Positions 37,032 to 50,485 of a stretch of 64,000 bases of DNA are shown here, piece by piece. The notes below the pieces were generated by a model. That model was not told where the DNA came from. It searched no databases and saw nothing but the letters and a program-made list of their open reading frames with translations. Source of the DNA: Raja brachyura (lineage: Eukaryota). Both the position numbers and the translations under genes were made by a program. The first letter of the stretch is position 1. Each line of letters begins with the position of its first letter. The DNA is taken from positions 51,584,001 to 51,648,000 of the forward strand of contig OY740798.1 in the NCBI GenBank assembly GCA_963514005.1. The letters are read 5' to 3'.

Positions 37032-37173
37032 ATGGTGGCGGGGCAGGGCGCTGGCTGCGGCCGGACGGGGACAGTCTTGGGGCCGCGGGGCTGCTGCTCG
37101 TCTCCGGGAACCCGGCTGCCCACCCTGGTACTGGCGCTGGTGCTGGCGCTGGTGTGGCTGCTACCCGCGGCAG
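37032..37173 (+). CDS. NCR3LG1: B7-H6-like exon 1 (signal peptide), copy 1
   Basis: AAGATGG Kozak; MVAGQGAG...LPTLVLALVLALVWLLPAA; phase-1 donor G|GTAAC; CpG-rich. Confidence 0.75.
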
Positions 37174-39804
37174 GTAACGGCCAATGCCCACCCCCTCTCT
37201 CTATCCCTCTCTCTCCAATGCCCTCTCCACCTCTCTCTCTATCTCCACCTCTCTCTCTATCTCTCCCTCAAACACTCTTTCCCCTGCAAGTTGCACTTTC
37301 CAATCAACCGTAAAAAGTCTATGGCATCTCATTATTCTTTGCAATGCTGACAATGGGCGCGCTCTTTGCAGAGTGCAGTCCTTGCAGTTTCAAAAGTGAC
37401 CATTGAAGCTCAGAGAGCCGCGCCCAAAAACTTTGTCCGCAAACGTTTTGCGGGTTTTATAATGTAATGTCATTATCGTTTGATTTGTTTTTGCTAAGTA
37501 GATATATTTTGTGAAGGAGTGGAGATATTTTAGACGTGTGAAAGAATACTAAAATAACTAAGTACGACTAAAACAGGGCGATTTGTCACGAGTTACTCCA
37601 GCATTTTGCGTCAGTTTTCGACCCTGTTGACACCAAAGATTATGTTTGGTTGACACTGGCCTAAACTGGTCCTCCTGGAGAAACACTGAATTGCAGATGT
37701 TGCTTTACCGAGGAAAGACACAGAGTGTTTGAGTACATAGATCCACAGATACATAGACAAGAGGTGCAGGAGTAGGCCATTCGTCCCTTCAAGCCAGCAC
37801 CGCCATTCAATGTGATCATGGCTGATCATCCACAATCAGTACCCCGTTCCTGCCTTCACCCATATCCCCTGATTCCGCTAGCCCTAAAAGCTCTGTCTAA
37901 CTCTCTTTTGAATGCATCCAGTGAATCAGCCTCTACTGCCATCTGAGGCAGAGAATTACACAAATTCACAACTCTCTGGGTGAAAGGTTTTTCCGCATAT
38001 CAGTTCTAAATGGCCTACCCCATATTCTTAAACTGTGGCCCCTGGTTCTGGATTCCCCCAACATCGAGAACATGTTTCCTGCATCTAGTGAGTCCAATCC
38101 CATAATAATTTTATATGTTTCTAATAACATCCCCTCTCATCCTTCTAAATTCCAGTGAGTACAAGCCCAGTCGCTCCATTCTTTCATCATAAATCAGTCA
38201 CGCCATCCCGGGAATTAACCTTGTGAACCTACACTGCACTCCCTCAAGAGCAAGAATGTCATTCCTCAAATTAGGAGATCAAAACTGCACTCATTACTCC
38301 AGGTGTCTCCAGGACCCTGACTGAGAGTCAGGTAACAGCAAACTAGAGATATGGAAGGGTAAGGTGTGAAAACGACAGATCAAAGCAGATGTTGATAAGG
38401 GAATGTAGAATGTCTACCTTTCCCCTTACTCTCAGACTGAAGAAGGGTCTATACCTTTCCTTTAGCCCTTATAGCTAAATCTAACTCTTTCTTGAAAATA
38501 TCCAGTGAATTGGCCTCCACTGGCTTCTGTGGCAGATAATTCCACAGATTCACAACTCTCTGGGTGAAAACGTTTTCCTCATCTCAGTCCTAAATGGCCT
38601 ACCCCTTACTCTTAAACCGTGAGCCCAGGTTCTGGACTTCCCCAACATAGGGAACATGTGCAGTTGTATAAGATAACAGTGAGGCAGCATTTACAACATT
38701 GTGTTCAGTTCTGGGCACCATGTTATAGGAAAGATGGTGTCAAGCTGGAATGGGCATGGAGAAGATTTACGAGGACGAGGTTAATTCCCGAGATGGCGGG
38801 ACTGTCATGTGCTGAGAGAATGGAGTACAATGGGCTTGTACACTCTGGAGTTTAGAAGGATGAGAGGGGATCTCATTGGAACATATAAGATTGCTAAGGG
38901 CTTGGACATGCTAGAGGCTGGAAACATGCTCCCGATGTTGGGGGAGTCCAGAACCAGGGGCCAGTTTAAGAATAAGGAGTAAGCCATTTAGAACAGAGTT
39001 GAGGAAACACTTTTTCTCACAGAGTGGTGAGTCTGTGGAATTCTCTGCCTCAGAGGGCGGTGGAGGCAGGTTCTCTGGATACTTTCAAGAGAGAGCTAGA
39101 TAGGGCTCTTAAAAATAGAGGAGTCAGGTGTATGGGGAGAAGGCAGGAACGGGGTACTGATTGAGGATGATCAGCCATGATCACATTGAATGGCGGTGCT
39201 GGCTCGAAGGGCCGGATGGCCTCCTCCTGCACCTATTGTCTATTGATGTTGCCAGGACTCAACGGTGTGAGCTATAGGGACAGGTTGAAACAGGCTGGAA
39301 CTCTATTCCTTGGAGCGCAGGAGGATGAGGGGTGAACTTATAGCGGTGTATATAACCATGAGGCATAGGTCGGGTAGGTGTTCAGAGCAGGGGTTTAGAG
39401 GACATATGTTTAAGGTGAAGGGGAAAAAAAATAATAGGAATCAGAGCTGTCGGAGGAGGTCGTTGAGGCAGGGACTATCGTTACGTGTAAGAAACAATTA
39501 GACAGGTACATGGATCGGACAAGTTTGGAGGGATTTGGGCCAAATACAGGCAGGTGGGATTAGTGAAGCTGGGACATGTTAGCCGGTGTGGACAAGTTGG
39601 GCCGAAATGTCTGTTTTCACACTGACTCTATGCTGAGTTCCTCCAGCACTGTGTGTCAGTGTGCATCTGTGTTATTGAACAGGGCCACCTCGATAGATGT
39701 CTAGTCCCACCGCTGTAATAAATAAATACATATTCAAAGCCAGCGGATGTACAGCCGGGAAACGACGCGAGGACACGAAAACGAAAGTAATTCATTTCTG
39801 CAAG

Positions 39805-39946
39805 ATGGTGGCGGGGCAGGGCGCTGGCTGCGGCCGGACGGGGACAGTCTTGGGGCCGCGGGGCTGCTGCTCGTCTCCGGGAACCCGGCTGCCCACCCTG
39901 GTACTGGCGCTGGTGCTGGCGCTGGTGTGGCTGCTACCCGCGGCAG
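39805..39946 (+). CDS. NCR3LG1: B7-H6-like exon 1, copy 2
   Basis: Identical to copy 1 (+2773). Confidence 0.7.
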
Positions 39947-42577
39947 GTAACGGCCAATGCCCACCCCCTCTCTCTATCCCTCTCTCTCCAATGCCCTCTC
40001 CACCTCTCTCTCTATCTCCACCTCTCTCTCTATCTCTCCCTCAAACACTCTTTCCCCTGCAAGTTGCACTTTCCAATCAACCGTAAAAAGTCTATGGCAT
40101 CTCATTATTCTTTGCAATGCTGACAATGGGCGCGCTCTTTGCAGAGTGCAGTCCTTGCAGTTTCAAAAGTGACCATTGAAGCTCAGAGAGCCGCGCCCAA
40201 AAACTTTGTCCGCAAACGTTTTGCGGGTTTTATAATGTAATGTCATTATCGTTTGATTTGTTTTTGCTAAGTAGATATATTTTGTGAAGGAGTGGAGATA
40301 TTTTAGACGTGTGAAAGAATACTAAAATAACTAAGTACGACTAAAACAGGGCGATTTGTCACGAGTTACTCCAGCATTTTGCGTCAGTTTTCGACCCTGT
40401 TGACACCAAAGATTATGTTTGGTTGACACTGGCCTAAACTGGTCCTCCTGGAGAAACACTGAATTGCAGATGTTGCTTTACCGAGGAAAGACACAGAGTG
40501 TTTGAGTACATAGATCCACAGATACATAGACAAGAGGTGCAGGAGTAGGCCATTCGTCCCTTCAAGCCAGCACCGCCATTCAATGTGATCATGGCTGATC
40601 ATCCACAATCAGTACCCCGTTCCTGCCTTCACCCATATCCCCTGATTCCGCTAGCCCTAAAAGCTCTGTCTAACTCTCTTTTGAATGCATCCAGTGAATC
40701 AGCCTCTACTGCCATCTGAGGCAGAGAATTACACAAATTCACAACTCTCTGGGTGAAAGGTTTTTCCGCATATCAGTTCTAAATGGCCTACCCCATATTC
40801 TTAAACTGTGGCCCCTGGTTCTGGATTCCCCCAACATCGAGAACATGTTTCCTGCATCTAGTGAGTCCAATCCCATAATAATTTTATATGTTTCTAATAA
40901 CATCCCCTCTCATCCTTCTAAATTCCAGTGAGTACAAGCCCAGTCGCTCCATTCTTTCATCATAAATCAGTCACGCCATCCCGGGAATTAACCTTGTGAA
41001 CCTACACTGCACTCCCTCAAGAGCAAGAATGTCATTCCTCAAATTAGGAGATCAAAACTGCACTCATTACTCCAGGTGTCTCCAGGACCCTGACTGAGAG
41101 TCAGGTAACAGCAAACTAGAGATATGGAAGGGTAAGGTGTGAAAACGACAGATCAAAGCAGATGTTGATAAGGGAATGTAGAATGTCTACCTTTCCCCTT
41201 ACTCTCAGACTGAAGAAGGGTCTATACCTTTCCTTTAGCCCTTATAGCTAAATCTAACTCTTTCTTGAAAATATCCAGTGAATTGGCCTCCACTGGCTTC
41301 TGTGGCAGATAATTCCACAGATTCACAACTCTCTGGGTGAAAACGTTTTCCTCATCTCAGTCCTAAATGGCCTACCCCTTACTCTTAAACCGTGAGCCCA
41401 GGTTCTGGACTTCCCCAACATAGGGAACATGTGCAGTTGTATAAGATAACAGTGAGGCAGCATTTACAACATTGTGTTCAGTTCTGGGCACCATGTTATA
41501 GGAAAGATGGTGTCAAGCTGGAATGGGCATGGAGAAGATTTACGAGGACGAGGTTAATTCCCGAGATGGCGGGACTGTCATGTGCTGAGAGAATGGAGTA
41601 CAATGGGCTTGTACACTCTGGAGTTTAGAAGGATGAGAGGGGATCTCATTGGAACATATAAGATTGCTAAGGGCTTGGACATGCTAGAGGCTGGAAACAT
41701 GCTCCCGATGTTGGGGGAGTCCAGAACCAGGGGCCAGTTTAAGAATAAGGAGTAAGCCATTTAGAACAGAGTTGAGGAAACACTTTTTCTCACAGAGTGG
41801 TGAGTCTGTGGAATTCTCTGCCTCAGAGGGCGGTGGAGGCAGGTTCTCTGGATACTTTCAAGAGAGAGCTAGATAGGGCTCTTAAAAATAGAGGAGTCAG
41901 GTGTATGGGGAGAAGGCAGGAACGGGGTACTGATTGAGGATGATCAGCCATGATCACATTGAATGGCGGTGCTGGCTCGAAGGGCCGGATGGCCTCCTCC
42001 TGCACCTATTGTCTATTGATGTTGCCAGGACTCAACGGTGTGAGCTATAGGGACAGGTTGAAACAGGCTGGAACTCTATTCCTTGGAGCGCAGGAGGATG
42101 AGGGGTGAACTTATAGCGGTGTATATAACCATGAGGCATAGGTCGGGTAGGTGTTCAGAGCAGGGGTTTAGAGGACATATGTTTAAGGTGAAGGGGAAAA
42201 AAAATAATAGGAATCAGAGCTGTCGGAGGAGGTCGTTGAGGCAGGGACTATCGTTACGTGTAAGAAACAATTAGACAGGTACATGGATCGGACAAGTTTG
42301 GAGGGATTTGGGCCAAATACAGGCAGGTGGGATTAGTGAAGCTGGGACATGTTAGCCGGTGTGGACAAGTTGGGCCGAAATGTCTGTTTTCACACTGACT
42401 CTATGCTGAGTTCCTCCAGCACTGTGTGTCAGTGTGCATCTGTGTTATTGAACAGGGCCACCTCGATAGATGTCTAGTCCCACCGCTGTAATAAATAAAT
42501 ACATATTCAAAGCCAGCGGATGTACAGCCGGGAAACGACGCGAGGACACGAAAACGAAAGTAATTCATTTCTGCAAG

Positions 42578-42719
42578 ATGGTGGCGGGGCAGGGCGCTGG
42601 CTGCGGCCGGACGGGGACAGTCTTGGGGCCGCGGGGCTGCTGCTCGTCTCCGGGAACCCGGCTGCCCACCCTGGTACTGGCGCTGGTGCTGGCGCTGGTG
42701 TGGCTGCTACCCGCGGCAG
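42578..42719 (+). CDS. NCR3LG1: B7-H6-like exon 1, copy 3
   Basis: Identical to copy 1 (+5546). Confidence 0.7.
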
Positions 42720-45350
42720 GTAACGGCCAATGCCCACCCCCTCTCTCTATCCCTCTCTCTCCAATGCCCTCTCCACCTCTCTCTCTATCTCCACCTCTCT
42801 CTCTATCTCTCCCTCAAACACTCTTTCCCCTGCAAGTTGCACTTTCCAATCAACCGTAAAAAGTCTATGGCATCTCATTATTCTTTGCAATGCTGACAAT
42901 GGGCGCGCTCTTTGCAGAGTGCAGTCCTTGCAGTTTCAAAAGTGACCATTGAAGCTCAGAGAGCCGCGCCCAAAAACTTTGTCCGCAAACGTTTTGCGGG
43001 TTTTATAATGTAATGTCATTATCGTTTGATTTGTTTTTGCTAAGTAGATATATTTTGTGAAGGAGTGGAGATATTTTAGACGTGTGAAAGAATACTAAAA
43101 TAACTAAGTACGACTAAAACAGGGCGATTTGTCACGAGTTACTCCAGCATTTTGCGTCAGTTTTCGACCCTGTTGACACCAAAGATTATGTTTGGTTGAC
43201 ACTGGCCTAAACTGGTCCTCCTGGAGAAACACTGAATTGCAGATGTTGCTTTACCGAGGAAAGACACAGAGTGTTTGAGTACATAGATCCACAGATACAT
43301 AGACAAGAGGTGCAGGAGTAGGCCATTCGTCCCTTCAAGCCAGCACCGCCATTCAATGTGATCATGGCTGATCATCCACAATCAGTACCCCGTTCCTGCC
43401 TTCACCCATATCCCCTGATTCCGCTAGCCCTAAAAGCTCTGTCTAACTCTCTTTTGAATGCATCCAGTGAATCAGCCTCTACTGCCATCTGAGGCAGAGA
43501 ATTACACAAATTCACAACTCTCTGGGTGAAAGGTTTTTCCGCATATCAGTTCTAAATGGCCTACCCCATATTCTTAAACTGTGGCCCCTGGTTCTGGATT
43601 CCCCCAACATCGAGAACATGTTTCCTGCATCTAGTGAGTCCAATCCCATAATAATTTTATATGTTTCTAATAACATCCCCTCTCATCCTTCTAAATTCCA
43701 GTGAGTACAAGCCCAGTCGCTCCATTCTTTCATCATAAATCAGTCACGCCATCCCGGGAATTAACCTTGTGAACCTACACTGCACTCCCTCAAGAGCAAG
43801 AATGTCATTCCTCAAATTAGGAGATCAAAACTGCACTCATTACTCCAGGTGTCTCCAGGACCCTGACTGAGAGTCAGGTAACAGCAAACTAGAGATATGG
43901 AAGGGTAAGGTGTGAAAACGACAGATCAAAGCAGATGTTGATAAGGGAATGTAGAATGTCTACCTTTCCCCTTACTCTCAGACTGAAGAAGGGTCTATAC
44001 CTTTCCTTTAGCCCTTATAGCTAAATCTAACTCTTTCTTGAAAATATCCAGTGAATTGGCCTCCACTGGCTTCTGTGGCAGATAATTCCACAGATTCACA
44101 ACTCTCTGGGTGAAAACGTTTTCCTCATCTCAGTCCTAAATGGCCTACCCCTTACTCTTAAACCGTGAGCCCAGGTTCTGGACTTCCCCAACATAGGGAA
44201 CATGTGCAGTTGTATAAGATAACAGTGAGGCAGCATTTACAACATTGTGTTCAGTTCTGGGCACCATGTTATAGGAAAGATGGTGTCAAGCTGGAATGGG
44301 CATGGAGAAGATTTACGAGGACGAGGTTAATTCCCGAGATGGCGGGACTGTCATGTGCTGAGAGAATGGAGTACAATGGGCTTGTACACTCTGGAGTTTA
44401 GAAGGATGAGAGGGGATCTCATTGGAACATATAAGATTGCTAAGGGCTTGGACATGCTAGAGGCTGGAAACATGCTCCCGATGTTGGGGGAGTCCAGAAC
44501 CAGGGGCCAGTTTAAGAATAAGGAGTAAGCCATTTAGAACAGAGTTGAGGAAACACTTTTTCTCACAGAGTGGTGAGTCTGTGGAATTCTCTGCCTCAGA
44601 GGGCGGTGGAGGCAGGTTCTCTGGATACTTTCAAGAGAGAGCTAGATAGGGCTCTTAAAAATAGAGGAGTCAGGTGTATGGGGAGAAGGCAGGAACGGGG
44701 TACTGATTGAGGATGATCAGCCATGATCACATTGAATGGCGGTGCTGGCTCGAAGGGCCGGATGGCCTCCTCCTGCACCTATTGTCTATTGATGTTGCCA
44801 GGACTCAACGGTGTGAGCTATAGGGACAGGTTGAAACAGGCTGGAACTCTATTCCTTGGAGCGCAGGAGGATGAGGGGTGAACTTATAGCGGTGTATATA
44901 ACCATGAGGCATAGGTCGGGTAGGTGTTCAGAGCAGGGGTTTAGAGGACATATGTTTAAGGTGAAGGGGAAAAAAAATAATAGGAATCAGAGCTGTCGGA
45001 GGAGGTCGTTGAGGCAGGGACTATCGTTACGTGTAAGAAACAATTAGACAGGTACATGGATCGGACAAGTTTGGAGGGATTTGGGCCAAATACAGGCAGG
45101 TGGGATTAGTGAAGCTGGGACATGTTAGCCGGTGTGGACAAGTTGGGCCGAAATGTCTGTTTTCACACTGACTCTATGCTGAGTTCCTCCAGCACTGTGT
45201 GTCAGTGTGCATCTGTGTTATTGAACAGGGCCACCTCGATAGATGTCTAGTCCCACCGCTGTAATAAATAAATACATATTCAAAGCCAGCGGATGTACAG
45301 CCGGGAAACGACGCGAGGACACGAAAACGAAAGTAATTCATTTCTGCAAG

Positions 45351-45492
45351 ATGGTGGCGGGGCAGGGCGCTGGCTGCGGCCGGACGGGGACAGTCTTGGG
45401 GCCGCGGGGCTGCTGCTCGTCTCCGGGAACCCGGCTGCCCACCCTGGTACTGGCGCTGGTGCTGGCGCTGGTGTGGCTGCTACCCGCGGCAG
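45351..45492 (+). CDS. NCR3LG1: B7-H6-like exon 1, copy 4
   Basis: Identical to copy 1 (+8319). Confidence 0.7.
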
Positions 45493-48123
45493 GTAACGGC
45501 CAATGCCCACCCCCTCTCTCTATCCCTCTCTCTCCAATGCCCTCTCCACCTCTCTCTCTATCTCCACCTCTCTCTCTATCTCTCCCTCAAACACTCTTTC
45601 CCCTGCAAGTTGCACTTTCCAATCAACCGTAAAAAGTCTATGGCATCTCATTATTCTTTGCAATGCTGACAATGGGCGCGCTCTTTGCAGAGTGCAGTCC
45701 TTGCAGTTTCAAAAGTGACCATTGAAGCTCAGAGAGCCGCGCCCAAAAACTTTGTCCGCAAACGTTTTGCGGGTTTTATAATGTAATGTCATTATCGTTT
45801 GATTTGTTTTTGCTAAGTAGATATATTTTGTGAAGGAGTGGAGATATTTTAGACGTGTGAAAGAATACTAAAATAACTAAGTACGACTAAAACAGGGCGA
45901 TTTGTCACGAGTTACTCCAGCATTTTGCGTCAGTTTTCGACCCTGTTGACACCAAAGATTATGTTTGGTTGACACTGGCCTAAACTGGTCCTCCTGGAGA
46001 AACACTGAATTGCAGATGTTGCTTTACCGAGGAAAGACACAGAGTGTTTGAGTACATAGATCCACAGATACATAGACAAGAGGTGCAGGAGTAGGCCATT
46101 CGTCCCTTCAAGCCAGCACCGCCATTCAATGTGATCATGGCTGATCATCCACAATCAGTACCCCGTTCCTGCCTTCACCCATATCCCCTGATTCCGCTAG
46201 CCCTAAAAGCTCTGTCTAACTCTCTTTTGAATGCATCCAGTGAATCAGCCTCTACTGCCATCTGAGGCAGAGAATTACACAAATTCACAACTCTCTGGGT
46301 GAAAGGTTTTTCCGCATATCAGTTCTAAATGGCCTACCCCATATTCTTAAACTGTGGCCCCTGGTTCTGGATTCCCCCAACATCGAGAACATGTTTCCTG
46401 CATCTAGTGAGTCCAATCCCATAATAATTTTATATGTTTCTAATAACATCCCCTCTCATCCTTCTAAATTCCAGTGAGTACAAGCCCAGTCACTCCATTC
46501 TTTCATCATAAATCAGTCACGCCATCCCGGGAATTAACCTTGTGAACCTACACTGCACTCCCTCAAGAGCAAGAATGTCATTCCTCAAATTAGGAGATCA
46601 AAACTGCACTCATTACTCCAGGTGTCTCCAGGACCCTGACTGAGAGTCAGGTAACAGCAAACTAGAGATATGGAAGGGTAAGGTGTGAAAACGACAGATC
46701 AAAGCAGATGTTGATAAGGGAATGTAGAATGTCTACCTTTCCCCTTACTCTCAGACTGAAGAAGGGTCTATACCTTTCCTTTAGCCCTTATAGCTAAATC
46801 TAACTCTTTCTTGAAAATATCCAGTGAATTGGCCTCCACTGGCTTCTGTGGCAGATAATTCCACAGATTCACAACTCTCTGGGTGAAAACGTTTTCCTCA
46901 TCTCAGTCCTAAATGGCCTACCCCTTACTCTTAAACCGTGAGCCCAGGTTCTGGACTTCCCCAACATAGGGAACATGTGCAGTTGTATAAGATAACAGTG
47001 AGGCAGCATTTACAACATTGTGTTCAGTTCTGGGCACCATGTTATAGGAAAGATGGTGTCAAGCTGGAATGGGCATGGAGAAGATTTACGAGGACGAGGT
47101 TAATTCCCGAGATGGCGGGACTGTCATGTGCTGAGAGAATGGAGTACAATGGGCTTGTACACTCTGGAGTTTAGAAGGATGAGAGGGGATCTCATTGGAA
47201 CATATAAGATTGCTAAGGGCTTGGACATGCTAGAGGCTGGAAACATGCTCCCGATGTTGGGGGAGTCCAGAACCAGGGGCCAGTTTAAGAATAAGGAGTA
47301 AGCCATTTAGAACAGAGTTGAGGAAACACTTTTTCTCACAGAGTGGTGAGTCTGTGGAATTCTCTGCCTCAGAGGGCGGTGGAGGCAGGTTCTCTGGATA
47401 CTTTCAAGAGAGAGCTAGATAGGGCTCTTAAAAATAGAGGAGTCAGGTGTATGGGGAGAAGGCAGGAACGGGGTACTGATTGAGGATGATCAGCCATGAT
47501 CACATTGAATGGCGGTGCTGGCTCGAAGGGCCGGATGGCCTCCTCCTGCACCTATTGTCTATTGATGTTGCCAGGACTCAACGGTGTGAGCTATAGGGAC
47601 AGGTTGAAACAGGCTGGAACTCTATTCCTTGGAGCGCAGGAGGATGAGGGGTGAACTTATAGCGGTGTATATAACCATGAGGCATAGGTCGGGTAGGTGT
47701 TCAGAGCAGGGGTTTAGAGGACATATGTTTAAGGTGAAGGGGAAAAAAAATAATAGGAATCAGAGCTGTCGGAGGAGGTCGTTGAGGCAGGGACTATCGT
47801 TACGTGTAAGAAACAATTAGACAGGTACATGGATCGGACAAGTTTGGAGGGATTTGGGCCAAATACAGGCAGGTGGGATTAGTGAAGCTGGGACATGTTA
47901 GCCGGTGTGGACAAGTTGGGCCGAAATGTCTGTTTTCACACTGACTCTATGCTGAGTTCCTCCAGCACTGTGTGTCAGTGTGCATCTGTGTTATTGAACA
48001 GGGCCACCTCGATAGATGTCTAGTCCCACCGCTGTAATAAATAAATACATATTCAAAGCCAGCGGATGTACAGCCGGGAAACGACGCGAGGACACGAAAA
48101 CGAAAGTAATTCATTTCTGCAAG

Positions 48124-48265
48124 ATGGTGGCGGGGCAGGGCGCTGGCTGCGGCCGGACGGGGACAGTCTTGGGGCCGCGGGGCTGCTGCTCGTCTCCGGG
48201 AACCCGGCTGCCCACCCTGGTACTGGCGCTGGTGCTGGCGCTGGTGTGGCTGCTACCCGCGGCAG
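48124..48265 (+). CDS. NCR3LG1: B7-H6-like exon 1 (signal peptide), copy 5 (proximal)
   Basis: 142 nt (47 codons + 1). Joins in frame to the IgV exon as ...LLPAA-D-SLDMN. Confidence 0.82.
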
Positions 48266-49514
48266 GTAACGGCCAATGCCCACCCCCTCTCTCTATCCCT
48301 CTCTCTCCAATGCCCTCTCCACCTCTCTCTCTATCTCCACCTCTCTCTCTATCTCTCCCTCAAACACTCTTTCCCCTGCAAGTTGCACTTTCCAATCAAC
48401 CGTAAAAAGTCTATGGCATCTCATTATTCTTTGCAATGCTGACAATGGGCGCGCTCTTTGCAGAGTGCAGTCCTTGCAGTTTCAAAAGTGACCATTGAAG
48501 CTCAGAGAGCCGCGCCCAAAAACTTTGTCCGCAAACGTTTTGCGGGTTTTATAATGTAATGTCATTATCGTTTGATTTGTTTTTGCTAAGTAGATATATT
48601 TTGTGAAGGAGTGGAGATATTTTAGACGTGTGAAAGAATACTAAAATAACTAAGTACGACTAAAACAGGGCGATTTGTCACGAGTTACTCCAGCATTTTG
48701 CGTCAGTTTTCGACCCTGTTGACACCAAAGGAGACACAACCCAAAACGTCACCCAAAACTTCTCTCCAGAGATGCTGCCTGTCTCGCTGAGTTGCTCCAG
48801 CTTTTTGTATCTATAGTGTAAACCAGCATCTGCACTTCCTTCCTACAAATCTCTGGAGACCAAGGATGGGTAATGTTTTGGGTTGGGACCCTTCTTCAGA
48901 CGTGGGGGGTTGAGAAAATGCTGAAAGAGAGGAGGTGCAAGCCAAATCAGATGGTTAGTCAAAGGCCAGAGATGAAAAGACAAAAGGTGTGAGACAAGTG
49001 GAGGTGGGGAAGAGTGGAGGGGTGGGGGAGAAGAGAGGGGGGTATGGGGGATTGGTTACTTACAATTGAAGAATTCGATGTTCCTATGATGTGCTGTTTC
49101 TCCAGCTAGCATTTGGACCAACTCGTCCATGCCGATCATGATGCCCCATCTACGCTGGACCCAATTGCCTGCCTTTGGACCATATCGTTCCAAACCTTAC
49201 TTATCCACATACCTGTCCATGGATATGGTATGTCAGTATAACTGATATACTCAGCTACTCCAGCAATCTGATTCTATCTTCATTGAAAGTGGCAGTAGTG
49301 GTTTGTTACATTACCACAGAGAAGCATCGTGGCGTAGGTCTAGAGTTGGGCACAGAGAAGCAAGACTGAGTAAGGTATCTCTTCCTGAAGAGCATTAGTC
49401 AACCATTTGTGCTTTCCTGACATCATTGTAGCTTTTGCAGTCAGTATATCCTTTTCCAACTTTCTGGTCATTAACCCTGTTTCAGTTCCTCATTTGCAAT
49501 GACGGCTTAGTTAT

Positions 49515-49775
49515 TTTGTTTAGTTTAGAGATACAGCGGGAAGCAGGCTCTTTAGCCCACCGAGTCCGCACTGTCCAGTGATCACCGCACACTAACACTA
49601 CCCAATTACACAATTAATCTGTACGTCTTTGGAGTGTGGGAGGAAACCGGAGCTCCTGGAGAAAACCCACGCAGGTCACGGGGAGAACGTACAGACAAGC
49701 ACTCATAGTCAGGATCGAACCCAGGTCTCTGACACTGTAAAGCAGTAGCTTTGCTGCTACGCCACCATGCTGCCC
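49515..49775 (-). mobile_element. tRNA-derived V-domain SINE (HE1-like)
   Basis: Minus strand A box TGGTGGCGTAGC, B box GGTTCGATCC and V-domain TTCTCCCCGTGACCTGCGTGGGTTTTCTCC. Confidence 0.8.
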
Positions 49776-50214
49776 AGATTTGAAGGGTAGGAGCGGTCTT
49801 TCGGCCCATCAGGTCTCCCCCACCATTCAATCATGGCTGATCTAACTCGCCCCCTCAACCCCATTCTCCTGCCTTCTCCCCATAACCTTGACACATGTAC
49901 TAATCAATCTATTCTTCTGTAAAATATCCCTAATTTCCTTGAATTGTTAGTATTTTTGAAGCATGATCACAGTTGCAATATTAGAAACACAGTGGTCTAG
50001 TTTGCACATGGAAAATCTCACAAAGACTTTGAGATCATGGAGAAGAAATTTGTTGTCACTAATGTTGATTGCGGCTTCACTAGTGGGTAGATGATAGGGA
50101 CCCTCTTTAATAGTGATGAGTGATTTTATATGTTCATTTTGGAATGTTGAGGGGTTAGTGTTGGTATTTGTGATCAGGCACTTCAGTAATCTACCAGGTG
50201 ATGCTTAAACTCAA

Positions 50215-50485
50215 GAAAACAGGCCCACTGAGTCTGCACCGACCAGCGATCCCCGCACATTAACACTATTCTGCACACACTAGGGACAATTTACATTTAC
50301 ACCAAACCAATTAACCTACAAACCTGTACGTCTTTGAAGTGTGGGAGGAAACCAAAGTTCTCGGAGAAAACCTGAGCAGGTCACGGGGAGATCGTACAAA
50401 TGATGTACAGGCAGCACCCGTAGGGATTTAACCTGGGACCCTGGCGCTAGAGGCAGTAACTCTACCATTGCACCATTGGCCGCCC
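50215..50485 (-). mobile_element. tRNA-derived V-domain SINE
   Basis: Same architecture as 49515-49775. Confidence 0.75.

Larger units (their letters stand above)
36624..48730 (+). repeat. Tandem array, period 2773 bp, ~4.37 units, near-identical; carries five copies of the promoter/exon 1 of the B7-H6-like gene
   Basis: Identical ORF sets recur at 36924, 39697, 42470, 45243 and 48016. Only two differences were spotted by eye (36634 G vs T; 46492 A vs G). Periodicity breaks after GACACCAAAG at 48730. Confidence 0.97.

Noticed and set aside
36924-37313. 129-aa single-exon ORF repeated five times as a standalone small gene
   Set aside because: It is exon 1 read through the GT donor into a CT-rich intron. 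The Kozak ATG at 37032 and the phase-1 donor fit the downstream IgV exon. Upstream ATGs (36924 in frame, 36974 out of frame) matter only if the TSS is further upstream, which is unknown.
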